From: Octopus sinensis
Taxonomy: Eukaryota
Assembly: GCF_006345805.1 (NCBI RefSeq)
Contig: NC_043001.1
Span: forward strand, 79,174,001 to 79,238,000
Length of the DNA stretch: 64,000 nt
Direction: 5' to 3'
Shown: positions 25,266 to 37,169 of the stretch, in pieces
How positions within the stretch are numbered: position 1 is the first letter of the stretch
How the letters are laid out: every line of letters starts with the position of its first letter
Notes under the pieces: model-generated
What the model was told of the DNA's origin: nothing
Database searches by the model: none
Seen by the model: only the letters and a program-made list of their open reading frames with translations
Made by a program: the position numbers and the translations under genes

Positions 25266-25658
25266 AAGGCGGGAAACTGGCAGAATCGTTACCACGCTGT
25301 GCGATATGCTCAGTGGTATTTCGTCTGCCGCTACGTTCTGAGTTCAAATTCCGCCGAGGTCGACTTTGCCTTTCATCCTATTGGGGTCGATAAATTAAGT
25401 ACCAGTTACCCATTGGGGTCCATGTAATCGACTTAATCCGTTTGTCTGTCCTTGTTTGTCTCCTCTGTGTTTAGCTCCTTGTGCGTAGTAAAGAAATAGG
25501 TATTTCGTTTGTCTTCACGTTCTTAGTTCAAATGCCGCGGGGTTTGGCTTTGCATTTCATTCTTTCCGGTTCGAAAAACCATTCACGCACTGGGGTCGAT
25601 GTAATCGAGTTAATCCCTTCCCCTGAATTTGAGACCTTGCGCTTCTTGTTGAAAGGAT
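25266..25658 (+). mobile_element. SINE-B dimer (head-body-tail1-body-tail2)
   Basis: TATTTCG at 25317 and 25501 (184 bp apart). Confidence 0.9.
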
Positions 25659-25712
25659 TATTGCTGATGCTCATGCTGATGCGGTTGTATTATTATTATT
25701 ATTATTATTATT

Positions 25713-26268
25713 GAGTGAGAGAGCAGTTCATGCCATCAAAGTGACACTGGGGTAAAATATACGAAGCCCAATATACACATCATGACTACCCGTCTGATAA
25801 GGGTACACCAGGCACATGCATCACAACTATATGTGCGCGACATGGTGATCTCATATCAAGATAAACAGCACATGATCTTGCAGGTGGGGCCCAGTTAGAA
25901 ATTTCTTCAGGTTGAGTAGCCCATCCTGCTCAAAAGGTCCCTGAATAAGGGTTGTTTAAGGATGTTGAAAGAACCACCCATGTTTCCAGAGGTGAATTAT
26001 TCAAACCACAAAGAATCCCTCTCAACACATGGCTATGATGCTCCCCCACTACTTCTACTCGTGATCAGAGATGCACATATCGTCATCCACTAAGGGACAT
26101 GCTCAACTGGTTAAGGTAAAACAACAGACATGCAAATCTGTGGTATTGAGCAGAATATTTGCTGTAGCCCATCTTTTATACCAAGACAAAAAAATGTACA
26201 TGATAACACTTCCAATCAGTTAAGATCAGAAGCCATGAGAGCCACTGCCTGGTACTGCATCAGGGCAT
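25713..26268 (-). mobile_element. Element F copy 1 ((TAA)n-embedded, ~557 bp, non-coding)
   Basis: Same termini (GAGTGAG...CAGGGCAT) as the other F copies. Followed by a 65-bp internal-segment duplicate at 26272-26336. Strand is inferred by analogy with Dong polarity. Confidence 0.85.
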
Positions 26269-26365
26269 AAATCCCCCACTACTTCTGCACGTGATCAGAG
26301 ATGCACATGTCGTCAGTCACTAAGGGACATGCTCAATTATTATTATTATTATTATTATTATTATT

Positions 26366-26919
26366 GAGTGAGAGAGCAGTTCATGCCATCAAAGTGACAC
26401 TGGGGTAAAATATACGAAGCCCAATATACCCATCATGACTACCCGTCTGATAAAGGTACACCAGGCACATGCATCACAACCATATGTGCGCGACATGGTG
26501 ATCTCATATTAAGATAACAGCACATACCTTGCAGGTGGGGCCCAGTTAGAATTTTCTTGGTTTGAGTAGCCCATCCCGCTCAAACGGTCCCTGAATAAGG
26601 GTTGTTTAAGGATGTTGAAAGAACCACCCATGTTTCCAGAGGTGAACTATTCAAACCCCAAAGAATCCCTCTCAACACATGGCTATGATGCTCCCCCACT
26701 ACTTCTGCTCGTGATCAGAGATGCACATATCGTCAGCCACTAAGGGATGCTCAACTGGTTAAGGTCAAACAACTGACAAGCAAATCTGTGTGGTATTGAG
26801 CAGAATATTTGCTGTAGCCCATCTTTTATACCAAGACAAACAAATGTACATGATAACACTTCCAATCAGTTAAGATCAGAACCATGAGAGCCACTGCCTG
26901 GTACTGCATCAGGGCATTT
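26366..26919 (-). mobile_element. Element F copy 2
   Basis: Full length, (TTA)n on both sides. Confidence 0.9.
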
Positions 26920-26949
26920 ATTATATTATTATTATTATTATTATTATTA

Positions 26950-26986
<37 letters not shown>

Positions 26987-26988
<2 letters not shown>

Positions 26989-27188
26989 AAATGGAAAGCT
27001 GGCAGAATCGTTAGCAAGCCGGAGGAAATGCGTAGCGGTATTTCGTCTTTCTTTATGTTCTAAGTTCAATTTCCGCCGGGGTCATCTTTTGGGATCGATA
27101 AATTAAGGACCGGTTGCGTACTATAGTCGATATAATCGACTGGCTCCCTCTCATTAAATTTCAGACCTTGGCCCTACAATAGAAAGGA
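26987..27188 (+). mobile_element. SINE-B, tail 2
   Basis: Head, body (deleted) and tail 2 between (TTA)n tracts. Confidence 0.8.
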
Positions 27189-27197
27189 TTATTATTA

Positions 27198-27229
<32 letters not shown>

Positions 27230-27783
27230 GAGTGAGCGAGCAGAGCATGCCATCAAAGTGACACTGGGGTAAAATATACGAAGCCCAGTAAACCCATCAT
27301 GACTACCCGTCTGATAAGGGTACACCAGGCACATGCATCACAACCATATGTGCGCGACATGGTGATCTCATATCAAGATAAACAGCACATGACCTTGCAG
27401 GTGGAGCCCAGTTAGAATTTTCTTCAGATCGAGTAACCCATCCCACTGAAAAGGTCCCTGAATAAGGGTTGTTTAAGGACGTTGAACGAAACACCCATGT
27501 TTCCAGAGGTGAATTATTCAAACCCCAAAGAATCCTTCTCAACACATGGCTATGATGCTCCCCCACTACTTCTGCTCGTGATCAGAGATGCACATATTGT
27601 CAGCCACTAAGGGACATGCTCAACTGGTTATGGTCAAACAACTGACAACCAAATCTGTGGTATTGAGCAGAATATTTGCTGTAGCCCATCTTTTATACCA
27701 AGACTAAACAATGTACATGATAACACTTCCAAACAGTTAAGATCAGAAGCCATGAGAGCCACTGCCTGGTACTGCATCAGGGC

Positions 27784-27787
<4 letters not shown>
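27230..27787 (-). mobile_element. Element F copy 3
   Basis: Full length, (TTA)n on both sides. Confidence 0.9.
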
Positions 27788-27828
<41 letters not shown>

Positions 27829-27874
27829 CATTATTATTATTATTGTTGTTGTTGTTGTTATTGTTTTTATTATT

Positions 27875-28085
27875 AAGGTGGTGAGCTGGCAAAATCGTTA
27901 GCACGCAGGGCAAAAAGCTTAATGGTGTTTCGTTCGTCTTCCCGTACTGCGTTCAAATTCCGCCGAGCTCGACTTTGCATTTCATTTTTCGGGGTCGATA
28001 AATTAAGCACTAATAAAACACTGGAGTCGATGTAATCGACTTATCCCCTCCCCCAAAATAGCAGCCTCGTGGAAAAATATGATAC
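27875..28085 (+). mobile_element. SINE-B, tail 2 variant
   Basis: Head, B box and central block. Confidence 0.85.
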
Positions 28086-28099
28086 CATTATTATCATTA

Positions 28100-28160
<61 letters not shown>

Positions 28161-28161
28161 C

Positions 28162-28450
28162 ATATAGGACTGAGGTAACTCCTCCAGAAGATATAGAGAA
28201 ATAATTAGAAGAGCGCCATAGTTAACATGTGAAATTGGTTGAACGATATTTTGGCATCTAGCGTGCCTCAGGCCTATATAATCTTAAAAAAGAAAAAAGT
28301 AAAAAAATAAGTAGACTGACATGTAATTTTTGAAGCTGTGGAAGGCAGGCTCGATTCTGAAATGTCTTTCAACCAATTTCACATGTTAACTATGGCACTC
28401 TTGTATTTTGTTTCTCTATAACTTCTGGAGGACTTACATCAGTCTTATAT
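28162..28450. mobile_element. MITE-like element with ~90-bp terminal inverted repeats
   Basis: 28162-28251 is the imperfect reverse complement of 28360-28450 (shared GCCATAGTTAACATGTGAAATTGGTTGAA); ends are TA-rich. Confidence 0.8.
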
Positions 28451-28491
28451 AATCTTAATAATCCTATATAATCTTAATCTTAATCTTAATA

Positions 28492-28547
<56 letters not shown>

Positions 28548-28548
<1 letters not shown>

Positions 28549-29520
28549 TTTTTTTTCTTCTTTCAAATTTGCTTCCATTTCTTGCCGAGTGTCTTCCCGA
28601 CTCCTAGGGCAAAGAAACTCATAGTATACATTGGTAGGCCATTAAACCAAACTCAGTAGTTCGTTCATTTTTTTTTTTTTTTTTTAAAGTTAAATTAAAA
28701 TACATGAGCAGCAACAGTTCTCACATCGACAATGCTCTTCTCAATATGTGTGATGTACCAGTTAAGACAATCTTTTGCACTTCTTGCAGGGATGGTAAGC
28801 CAGGGATCATTCTCATATAATTTTCGGTTCCGTTCTTGATCATTCCTAGTGTTCCTACGATCACTGGTATTGTAACCGCCTTGAGATGCCACATTTTCTC
28901 AATTTCAATGAGTAGGTCTTTATATTTTCTGAGCTTGTCAACTCTTTCGCTGAGATATTATGATCACAGGGGATGCTCATGTCGATCAATAAGCAAACTT
29001 TATTGTTTTGGTCTTTCACAACAATATCTGGTTTATGGCCTTGATGGTTCGGTCTGTATGTACTGGAAAGTCCCACAGAATGGTTACATTTTCTCCTTCA
29101 GTTACAGCCTCAGGGTGGTGATTATACCACTTGTCGGCAGTTTTGATATTGTAATGCCGACTTATTAGCCAGTGGAGATATTGGCCAACTCTGTCATGTC
29201 TTAATTTATACTCCACTGGTGCTAAGACTTCACATCCAGAAATTAGGTGGTCCACTGTTTCAATCATGTCGTTGCAGAATCGGCATTTTGGGTCTGCTCC
29301 ATTTTTCATCACATTGGCCTGGTAGTTCCGGGTTAATAGGCTTTGATCTTGAGCAGCCAGGATGAAACCTTCGCTCTCTGCTTTTAGCCCTGAGCTCCGT
29401 AGCCACTGATGGGTTTGCTTCTGGTCAACATCAGCTTGTTTGCTGCGGGTCACATATTTGCCGTGCAGAGGTTTCTCCTCCCACCTATCAGCCAATTGCT
29501 CGTGCGCTTTTTTTTTTCGC
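28548..29520 (-). mobile_element. 5'-truncated R4/Dong-clade LINE (restriction-like endonuclease end + 3' UTR) in (TAA)n
   Basis: CRFCNDMIETVDHLISGC zinc knuckle, RHD motif, PDIVVKD...LLIDMSIP, KYKDL and IPVIVGTLG...GTSHILRRALSM* (stop at 28721-23). Two frameshifts; (TAA)n at both ends. Confidence 0.92.
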
Positions 29521-29577
<57 letters not shown>

Positions 29578-29597
29578 CATTATTATTATTATATTTA

Positions 29598-29631
<34 letters not shown>

Positions 29632-29713
29632 TATTATTATTATTATCATTATTATCATTATTATTATATTTATTATTATTATTATTATTATTTTTATTAT
29701 TGTTATTATTATT

Positions 29714-29926
29714 AAAGCGACGAGCTGGCAGAATCATTAGCACGCCGGGTGAAATGCTTAGAAGTATTTTAACTGCCGCAACGTCCTGAGATAAAATTCC
29801 GCTGAGGTCGACTTTGCCTTTTAACCTTTCGGAGTCGATAAAATGAGTACCAGTAAAACATTGGAGTCGACGTATTCGACTAGTCTTCTCCCCCACCAAA
29901 TTTCAGGCTTTGTACCTAGGACGAAA
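29714..29926 (+). mobile_element. SINE-B, tail 2
   Basis: Head, body and tail 2 directly after (TTA)n. Confidence 0.85.
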
Positions 29927-30214
29927 TTGAAAGTGGAGAGGGAAGTGCTCCCTCAAGTGAGTTTATTGAAAGGTAGGTAAAAGTTGGGAAAATAGCAATA
30001 GGGGATTGTACCTCTCTCAGTGTAGACCTGTGAGTCGGTGAGAAGGAATTGGAGAGGGCACTTAATCTTGGTGTTTAGGGAAATCTCCGTGACTGGGGTT
30101 CCTCGATTATTCCTAGTGGTCATCCCGTATCAGGAGGAATACATCTGTATTATCCTTCCTCTATATTCTTTTTTCTCTTTTTTATATATCTTTGTATACT
30201 ATATATATATATAT

Positions 30215-30748
30215 ATAAAAAAATACAAAATGGGACAAGAACACAAAACATCTAGATAGACGATACAAAAAACACGGACGGATCATTCGAAGCCTTTAAT
30301 CTTCAGTCAAGAACCGGATCATCCTCGCAATTTCGGCTGATTAATCTTCAGATTGGTCCAATCTGGCCAGCCCCAAGTAAAAACTAAGCTAAGAGCATTA
30401 GATTCCTTGGAAAAAGGATCGACTGTATATGAAACAAGGACGGAAAAACGGACGATGTTACACGAATATAAATACAAAAATAATACAAAAAAAACAAAAA
30501 TAATAATAATAACAGGGCATAACAGGCGTCTTTCGACTGGAGACGAATTGAATTCAGCTGACGTGTTGGAAATTAAGCCTTACGGCAGAGGAAAAGGTCG
30601 ATGTGAACGTGACGGTGCTCCCTGTCCATTGTTTACAGTATATATTTACCTTCATTTTTTTGTTATCATTTCATTATATGTGAACGCTTTATGTTTGTCT
30701 TTATATTGTTTCCCTCATCCTAGTCAAGGTGGCAAATCAATGAAGTCA
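30215..30748. repeat. Unclassified interspersed repeat, partly duplicated at 30947-31285
   Basis: The segment from 30411 recurs nearly identically from 30947; family not assignable from sequence alone. Confidence 0.55.
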
Positions 30749-30749
30749 A

Positions 30750-30807
<58 letters not shown>

Positions 30808-30834
30808 GTCATCATCATCATTATTATTATTATT

Positions 30835-30946
30835 GAGTGAGAGACCAGGGCATGCCATCAAAGTGACACTAGGGTAAAATATACGAAGCCCAGTATACCT
30901 ATCATGACTACCCGTTTGATAAGGGTACACTAGGCACATGCATCAC
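30835..30946 (-). mobile_element. Element F partial copy (inside tandem duplication)
   Basis: First 112 bp of F, sharing diagnostic variants with copy 5. Confidence 0.85.
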
Positions 30947-31285
30947 AAAAAGGATCGACTGTATATGAAACAAGGACGGAAAAACGGACGATGTTACCGA
31001 ATATAAATACAAAAATAATACAAAAAAAACAAAAATAATAATAATAACAGGACATAACAGGCGTCTTTCGACTGGAGACGAATTGAATTCAGCTGACGTG
31101 TTGGAAATTAAGCCTTACGGCAGAGGAAATGGTCGATGTGAACGTGACCGTGCTCCCTGTCCATTGTTTACAGTATATATTTACCTTCATTTTTTTTGTT
31201 ATCATTTCATTATATGTGAACGCTTTATGTTTGTCTTTATATTGTTTCCCTCATCCTAGTCAAGGTGGCAAATCAATGAAGTCAA

Positions 31286-31358
<73 letters not shown>

Positions 31359-31385
31359 GTCATCATCATCATTATTATTATTATT

Positions 31386-31944
31386 GAGTGAGAGACCAGG
31401 GCATGCCATCAAAGTGACACTAGGGTAAAATATACGAAGCCCAGTATACCTATCATGACTACCCGTCTGATAAGGGTACACTAGGCACATGCATCACAAC
31501 CATATATGCGCGACATATTAATCTTTATATCAAGATAGACAGCACATGACCTTGCATGTGGGGCCCAGTTAGAATTTTCTTCTGCTTGAGTACCCAATCC
31601 CGTTCAAAAGGTCCCTGAATAAGGGTTGTTTAAAGATGTTGAACGAAATACCCATGTTTCCAGAGTTGAATTATTCAAACCCCAAAGTTTCCCTCTCAAC
31701 ACATGTATATGATTCTCCCCCACTACGTCCGCTCGTGATCAGAGATGCACAAATCGTCAGCCACTGAGGGACATGCTCAACTGGTTATGGTCAAACAACT
31801 GACAATCAAATCTGTGGTACTGAGCAGAATATTTGCTGTAGCCCATCTTTTATACCAAGAAAAAGCAATGTACATGATAACTATTCCAATCAGTTGAGAT
31901 CAGAAGCCACGAGAGCCACTACCTGGTACTACATCAGGGCATTT
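31386..31944 (-). mobile_element. Element F copy 5
   Basis: Full length, (TTA)n on both sides. Confidence 0.9.
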
Positions 31945-31956
31945 ATTATTTTTATT

Positions 31957-32021
<65 letters not shown>

Positions 32022-32065
32022 CATCATCATCATCATAATTATTTCTATTATTCTATAAGGCGTCT

Positions 32066-32636
32066 TGGCGGTGGTAGTGGCGGTGGCAGTGTTGGTAGTG
32101 GTGGTGGTGGTAGTTGTAGTGGTGGTGGTGGTGGTGGTGGTGGTTGTGGTGGTGGTGGTGGTAGTTGTAGTGGTGGTGGTGGTGGTGGTGGTGGTGGTGG
32201 TGTGGTGGTGGTGGTGGTGGTACTGATTGTCGGACTGGCGGCGCTGGTGGTAATAGACGTAGTAGTGGTGACGGTACTGGTGCAGGTGCTGGTAATGTTT
32301 CGCTTTCTTATAGTGTTTTGTCTGCTAATGCCATTGATCGTATGGGTGGTAAAAGTGAGAGTGGAGAGGATCTTAGCAGAATGAATTGCTGTTAATGGTT
32401 GCTGTGCTGATTTAAGTGCTGCTCCGTCTGGGCCCATTGGCGTTTCGCTAAACACGTAATGTCTTGTATTTCGCTTGTATTTAGTTACAATTTCGGTGTA
32501 ACATGATTTGAGTGGGGTTTAGCTGTAGATGAGCCTGCGTGGGAAGAAGGCGCTATAAAGGTGTATGTGTATATATATATATACACCAATACATATATAT
32601 ATACATATATATATATTTATATGTGTGTGTTTGTGC

Positions 32637-32677
<41 letters not shown>

Positions 32678-32680
32678 TAT

Positions 32681-32714
<34 letters not shown>

Positions 32715-32885
32715 GTATATTATATATATATATATATGTACGTGTATGTGTGTGCGCGTGTATGTGTATGTATATATATATATATGTGTGTGTATGTGTG
32801 TACGTATACATATGTGTGTGTATGTGTATATGCATATATATATATGTGTGTGTCTGTGTATATACTGATAAAGAGAGAGAGAAAG
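32066..32885. repeat. (GGT)n and (TA)n/(TG)n microsatellites
   Basis: GGT tract at 32066-32290; TA/TG tract at 32552-32885. Confidence 0.9.
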
Positions 32886-33226
32886 AAAGAGAGAAGCAGG
32901 AAGAGAAAGAATGAGAGAAATAGACCAGAACATAAAGATATACACACGAACAATTTGATACAAAGGTGTGAGTAGGTAGGAGACGGGAAAACAGACAATT
33001 GTGGAAAAATATATGAAAAATATCAAAACGATAAAAAATTTCGACAACGACGACGACGATTGAAATGCTTGTAGTGGTTATGTTGATAGAGTTGTTAGTG
33101 TTCTTCCAGTTTAACCACACGTCAAGCATAATTTAAGAGAGATAAGATCAAAATATTACACATCCGCCATACGTGAATGTTGTAGAAAATAAAAAAGAAG
33201 CACTTGATTTGCAACATCCACGTAAT

Positions 33227-33350
33227 TTCGAGTTAAATTTCATTACCCGGTACATTGGGCAAGTGTATTCTACTACAGACCCAGACCGACCAAAGCTGTA
33301 TAAGTGAACTTGCGACGGAAAATGTGTGAAGGCCCATCGTAAGTGTGTTT
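33227..33350 (+). mobile_element. SINE-A 5' fragment
   Basis: TTGGGCAAGTGTATTCTACTA...CCGACCAAAGC block. Confidence 0.65.
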
Positions 33351-33373
33351 ATATATGTGCTTGTATAGATGTA

Positions 33374-33615
33374 TGTGTTGTTTGTTCCCTCTCGAGCCAC
33401 GCCTGGCTCAGAAGGGCCGGTTTCCCGGTTTCCTTGGCGTATAGATTCCTCACCTGGACGGGACGCCGGTCCGTCGCAGGTGAGCTGCAAGATGCAGGAG
33501 GAAAGAGTGAGATAAAGTTGTGGCGAAAGAGTCAGCAGAAGTTCGGCATTACCTTCTGCCGGAGCCGCGTGGAGCTTAGGTGTTTCGCTCATAAACATAC
33601 ACATCACCCAGGTCC
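33374..33615 (-). mobile_element. SINE family E (5' truncated)
   Basis: Reverse complement aligns with 51550-51790. Confidence 0.85.
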
Positions 33616-34280
33616 ATGAGCGGTGTTCTGTTCAAAAGTAAATGCTGTAAAGACAGATCACATAACAAAACCAAAAAAATAAAGCTATGGACTGATTACC
33701 ATGAATACCATGATATGTTTGATTTATTAATTATACATACTACTATACAACACTCCTCCAAAAACATACAAGAATAAACTCATGTAGTAAATAGAATAGC
33801 AAACAGCATGGTCGTATGAGAGCGTGGTCGTATGGCTGCAGTCAAATGACTAAAACAAGTGCTTAAAAATGTAAACCCATGGACTGCAAAACCACTTTAC
33901 GAACAAACGTGAGTAAATTTTTTAATCACATATTAATCACGTATGAATCCATTCATAATTAAACACAGCCTCTATTTATATATGCACACTGCTGGTTCTT
34001 CTCGTTTATACATCAATAAAAATTATAAATACGCTTATACATCAATAAAAGTTGTAAATACGAAAGAAACATCAATACATGTCCATGAGTGGTTTTCTTT
34101 CAAAACGTAAACACTGCAAAGACGGATCCCATAACAAAAATAACCCCCACCAAAAATTTAAAAAAAAACAATAAAAGAAAGATGGACAGATAGCCATGAA
34201 TACTATGAAATGGTTGATTTATGATTTACACACACACTACTATGCAACAATCCTATAAAACATACAGGAATATACTCAAA
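33612..34280. repeat. Diverged direct repeat pair (33612-33782 and 34080-34280)
   Basis: Both begin GTCCATGAG and share CCATGAATAC...TGATTTAT...ACTACTAT...AAACATACA.GAATA.ACTC. Confidence 0.7.
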
Positions 34281-34289
34281 CAAAGGCCA

Positions 34290-35389
34290 CAACATGTGTC
34301 ATAAAAATCTGATACCCAACAGAACACAACCCGCACTGCACAAACAACCCACTAAGCAAAAATTACAACAAAAGACTCAAAACAAACACCGTAACAAAAG
34401 ATACTGATGCAATACAATATTTCCCACAGAAAAGAAAGTAGCACTCACCTCACCAACACAAAAGGACTGCGAGTGATGCAATAGAAAATTACTTGAAACT
34501 ATCAAATGTCGAAAAATACTAGAGGCGATGATGAAGGTGACTAAAGTTACCTTACCTCAGTTTATGAGAGAAAAGTGTTTGCCAAGAAACTCTAATGGTA
34601 ACAGCGAAAATAATGAGACACTAACTTATTGATCTATGCAGGCGGAGTAGTAGTGACTAGAAGATTAGATATTCCACAAGGGAAAATTAGAAAGGAGAAA
34701 ATGTGAAAAAGAGATTTCAAAATAAAGTGAAGTCCTTAAGACAAGATCTCATTAGAAGCCTGGAAAGTGAACAAGTTAGGACAAAAAACAAAAAAAAGTG
34801 TTACTCATATAGAAATTGAATGTAGCTTGCCTGCACATAGAGCATAGAAGAAAAGACATTCACTACCTAGAGAGGGTAATCTATTGGAAGTTATATAGGA
34901 AGCTGGGATTTGACAATAAATGGTATGAACAAGAACATAGTAAAGTACTAGAAAGTAAGAAATATCAGATGTTGTGGGAATTTAACATTCAAACTGACAG
35001 AGTAATAGAAGATACAAGACCTGATCCTGATTTAACACTAGTAGACAAGGAATAGAAACTGCCAGGTAATTGACTTTACAGTTCCAAATGATAAATAAAT
35101 CAATGAGAAGTATAAAAAAAATAGCAAAGTACCAGGTCCTTGCCACTGAATTACGGAGACTACGGAATGTGCGGGTAAAATATATACTAGTAAGGTGCAT
35201 TACGAACTACCCCCAAAAATTTAAACAGATGGATAGAGGAAATAGTAATAAAACCTAGTTTAGTAGATCTTCATAAAACTGCGTTATTAAGTACGGCTAA
35301 GATATTTAGGAGGGTTCTTTGCAGGTAAAGTTACTTGTAGTGGCTCGATTTCATGCATTTTCTTTTCCAACAGATGAATCTGTTCTGTG

Positions 35390-35390
<1 letters not shown>
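34290..35390 (+). mobile_element. Decayed R4/Dong LINE 3' region ending in (TAA)n
   Basis: IYWKLYRKLGFDNKWYEQEHSKVLESKKYQMLWEFNIQTDRVIEDTRPD and KIAKYQVLATELRRL match the RLE region. The UTR abuts (TAA)n at 35391. The left boundary is uncertain. Confidence 0.8.
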
Positions 35391-35445
<55 letters not shown>

Positions 35446-35462
35446 TGATGATGAGGAGGAGG

Positions 35463-35496
<34 letters not shown>

Positions 35497-35527
35497 TAAT
35501 CATAATAATAATAATAATAATAATAAT

Positions 35528-36085
35528 AAATGCCCTGATGCAGTACCAGACAGTGGCTCTCATGGCTTCTGATCTTAACTGATTAGAAGTATCATGTACA
35601 TTGTTTTGTCTTGGTATAAAAGATGGGCTACAGCAAATATTCTGCTCAATACCACAGATTTGCTTGTCAGTTGTTTGACTTTAACCAGTTGAGCATGTCC
35701 CTTAGTGGATGACGATATGTGCATCTCTGATCACGAGCAGAATTAGTGGGTGAGCAGCATAAACATATATTTAAAGGAATTCTTTGGGGTTTAGTTAATT
35801 CACCTTTGGAACATGGGTGTTTTGCTCAAAATCCTTAAACAACCCTTATTCAGGGACCTTTTGAGCGGGATGGGCTACTCGAATACCCCCCCCCAAATCT
35901 AACTGGACCTAACCTGCAAGGTCATGCGCTATTTTTCTTAATATGAAATAACCATATTGCGCACATATCGTTGTGATGCATGTGCCTGGTGTACCTTTAT
36001 CAGACGAGTAGTCATGATGGGTATACTGGCTTTCGTATATTTGTACTCCAATATCACTTTGATGGCATGCACTGAGCTCTCACTC
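35528..36085 (+). mobile_element. Element F copy 6 (opposite orientation)
   Basis: Reverse complement of the other copies, flanked by (TAA)n on the plus strand. Confidence 0.9.
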
Positions 36086-36089
36086 AATC

Positions 36090-36136
<47 letters not shown>

Positions 36137-36147
36137 TAATAATAATA

Positions 36148-36343
36148 TGTACAAGGACAGAAATATTTGGGGAGGTAGCTTCTCGATTACATAGGCCCTC
36201 AGCGGTAGCGGTCAACTTTTACTCATTTCATGGACCCCGAAAAGATGAGTGGTAAAGGTGATTATGGTAGCATTTGAACTCAGAACGTAAAACTGAAACA
36301 TATGATGCTAAGCATTGTGTCCGACGTGGCTCTTTCAGCTCGC
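36148..36343 (-). mobile_element. Degenerate SINE-B
   Basis: TTTGAACTCAGAACGTAA (B-box region) and CAGCTCGC head end. Confidence 0.7.
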
Positions 36344-36760
36344 TGATGACGATGTCGATTATGACGACGATGACGACGATGACGATGATGATGATGATGA
36401 TGACGACGACGACGACGTCGATCATGATAACAACCATGATGACGATTATGAAGTTAAGGTCAAGGAGGACATTTTTTAAACATTTGCTTGCAGAGTCAAT
36501 TCAAATCTTGGAAGAGTGCCATTACAAGCTTTAGGCGAATAGGGAGACAGATCATACTTTTCCGTTGTTCGTAATCGTTTAGTGATATTATCATGCCGTC
36601 GCGGTCGCCTTTGCTGCTACCGCTGTAGTTTCTTGTGTTGAGGATGATAATGATTTGTGAAAAAGTTTTCTTTTTTCCTCGCTGTAATTTCCAGTTCGTA
36701 TTTTATAGTTTCCTTACATTTAATGTCTTCTATCTTTTATTCACAATTTTGTTAAACTTA

Positions 36761-37168
36761 GGCGAGCTGGCAGAAACGTCAGCGCGCCGGGCGAAATGCG
36801 TAGCCGTATTTCGTCTGCCGTTACGCTCTGAGTTCAAATTCCGCCGGGGTCCACTACGCCTTTCATCCTTTCGGGGTCGATTAAATGAGTACCAGTTACG
36901 CACTGGGGTAGATATAATCGACTTAATCCGTTTGTCTGTCCTTGTTTGTCCTCTCTGTGTTTAGCCCCTTGTGGATAGTAAAGAAATAGGTATTTCGTCT
37001 GCCGTTATGTTCGGAGTTCAAATTCCGCCGAGCTTGACTTTGCCTTTCATCCTTTCGGTATCGATTAAATAAGTACCAGTTACGCACTGGTGTCGATATA
37101 ATCGACTTCATCTGTTTATCTCTCCTTGTTTGTCCTCTCTGTGTTTAGCCCCTTGTGGGTAGTAAAGA
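36761..37168 (+). mobile_element. SINE-B dimer (two tail-1 units)
   Basis: TATTTCG at 36807 and 36991 (184 bp apart). Confidence 0.9.
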
Positions 37169-37169
37169 A

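Noticed and set aside
30285-30350. Two minus-strand CTGAAGA...GAA(A/T) hammerhead-like cores
   Set aside because: The segments between CTGAAGA and GAAA (TTAATCAGCC, TTAAAGGCTTC) cannot form stem II, and no stem I or III pairing was found.
32048-32455. Poly-Pro/Thr ORF resembling formin or extensin
   Set aside because: Translation of the (GGT)n microsatellite.
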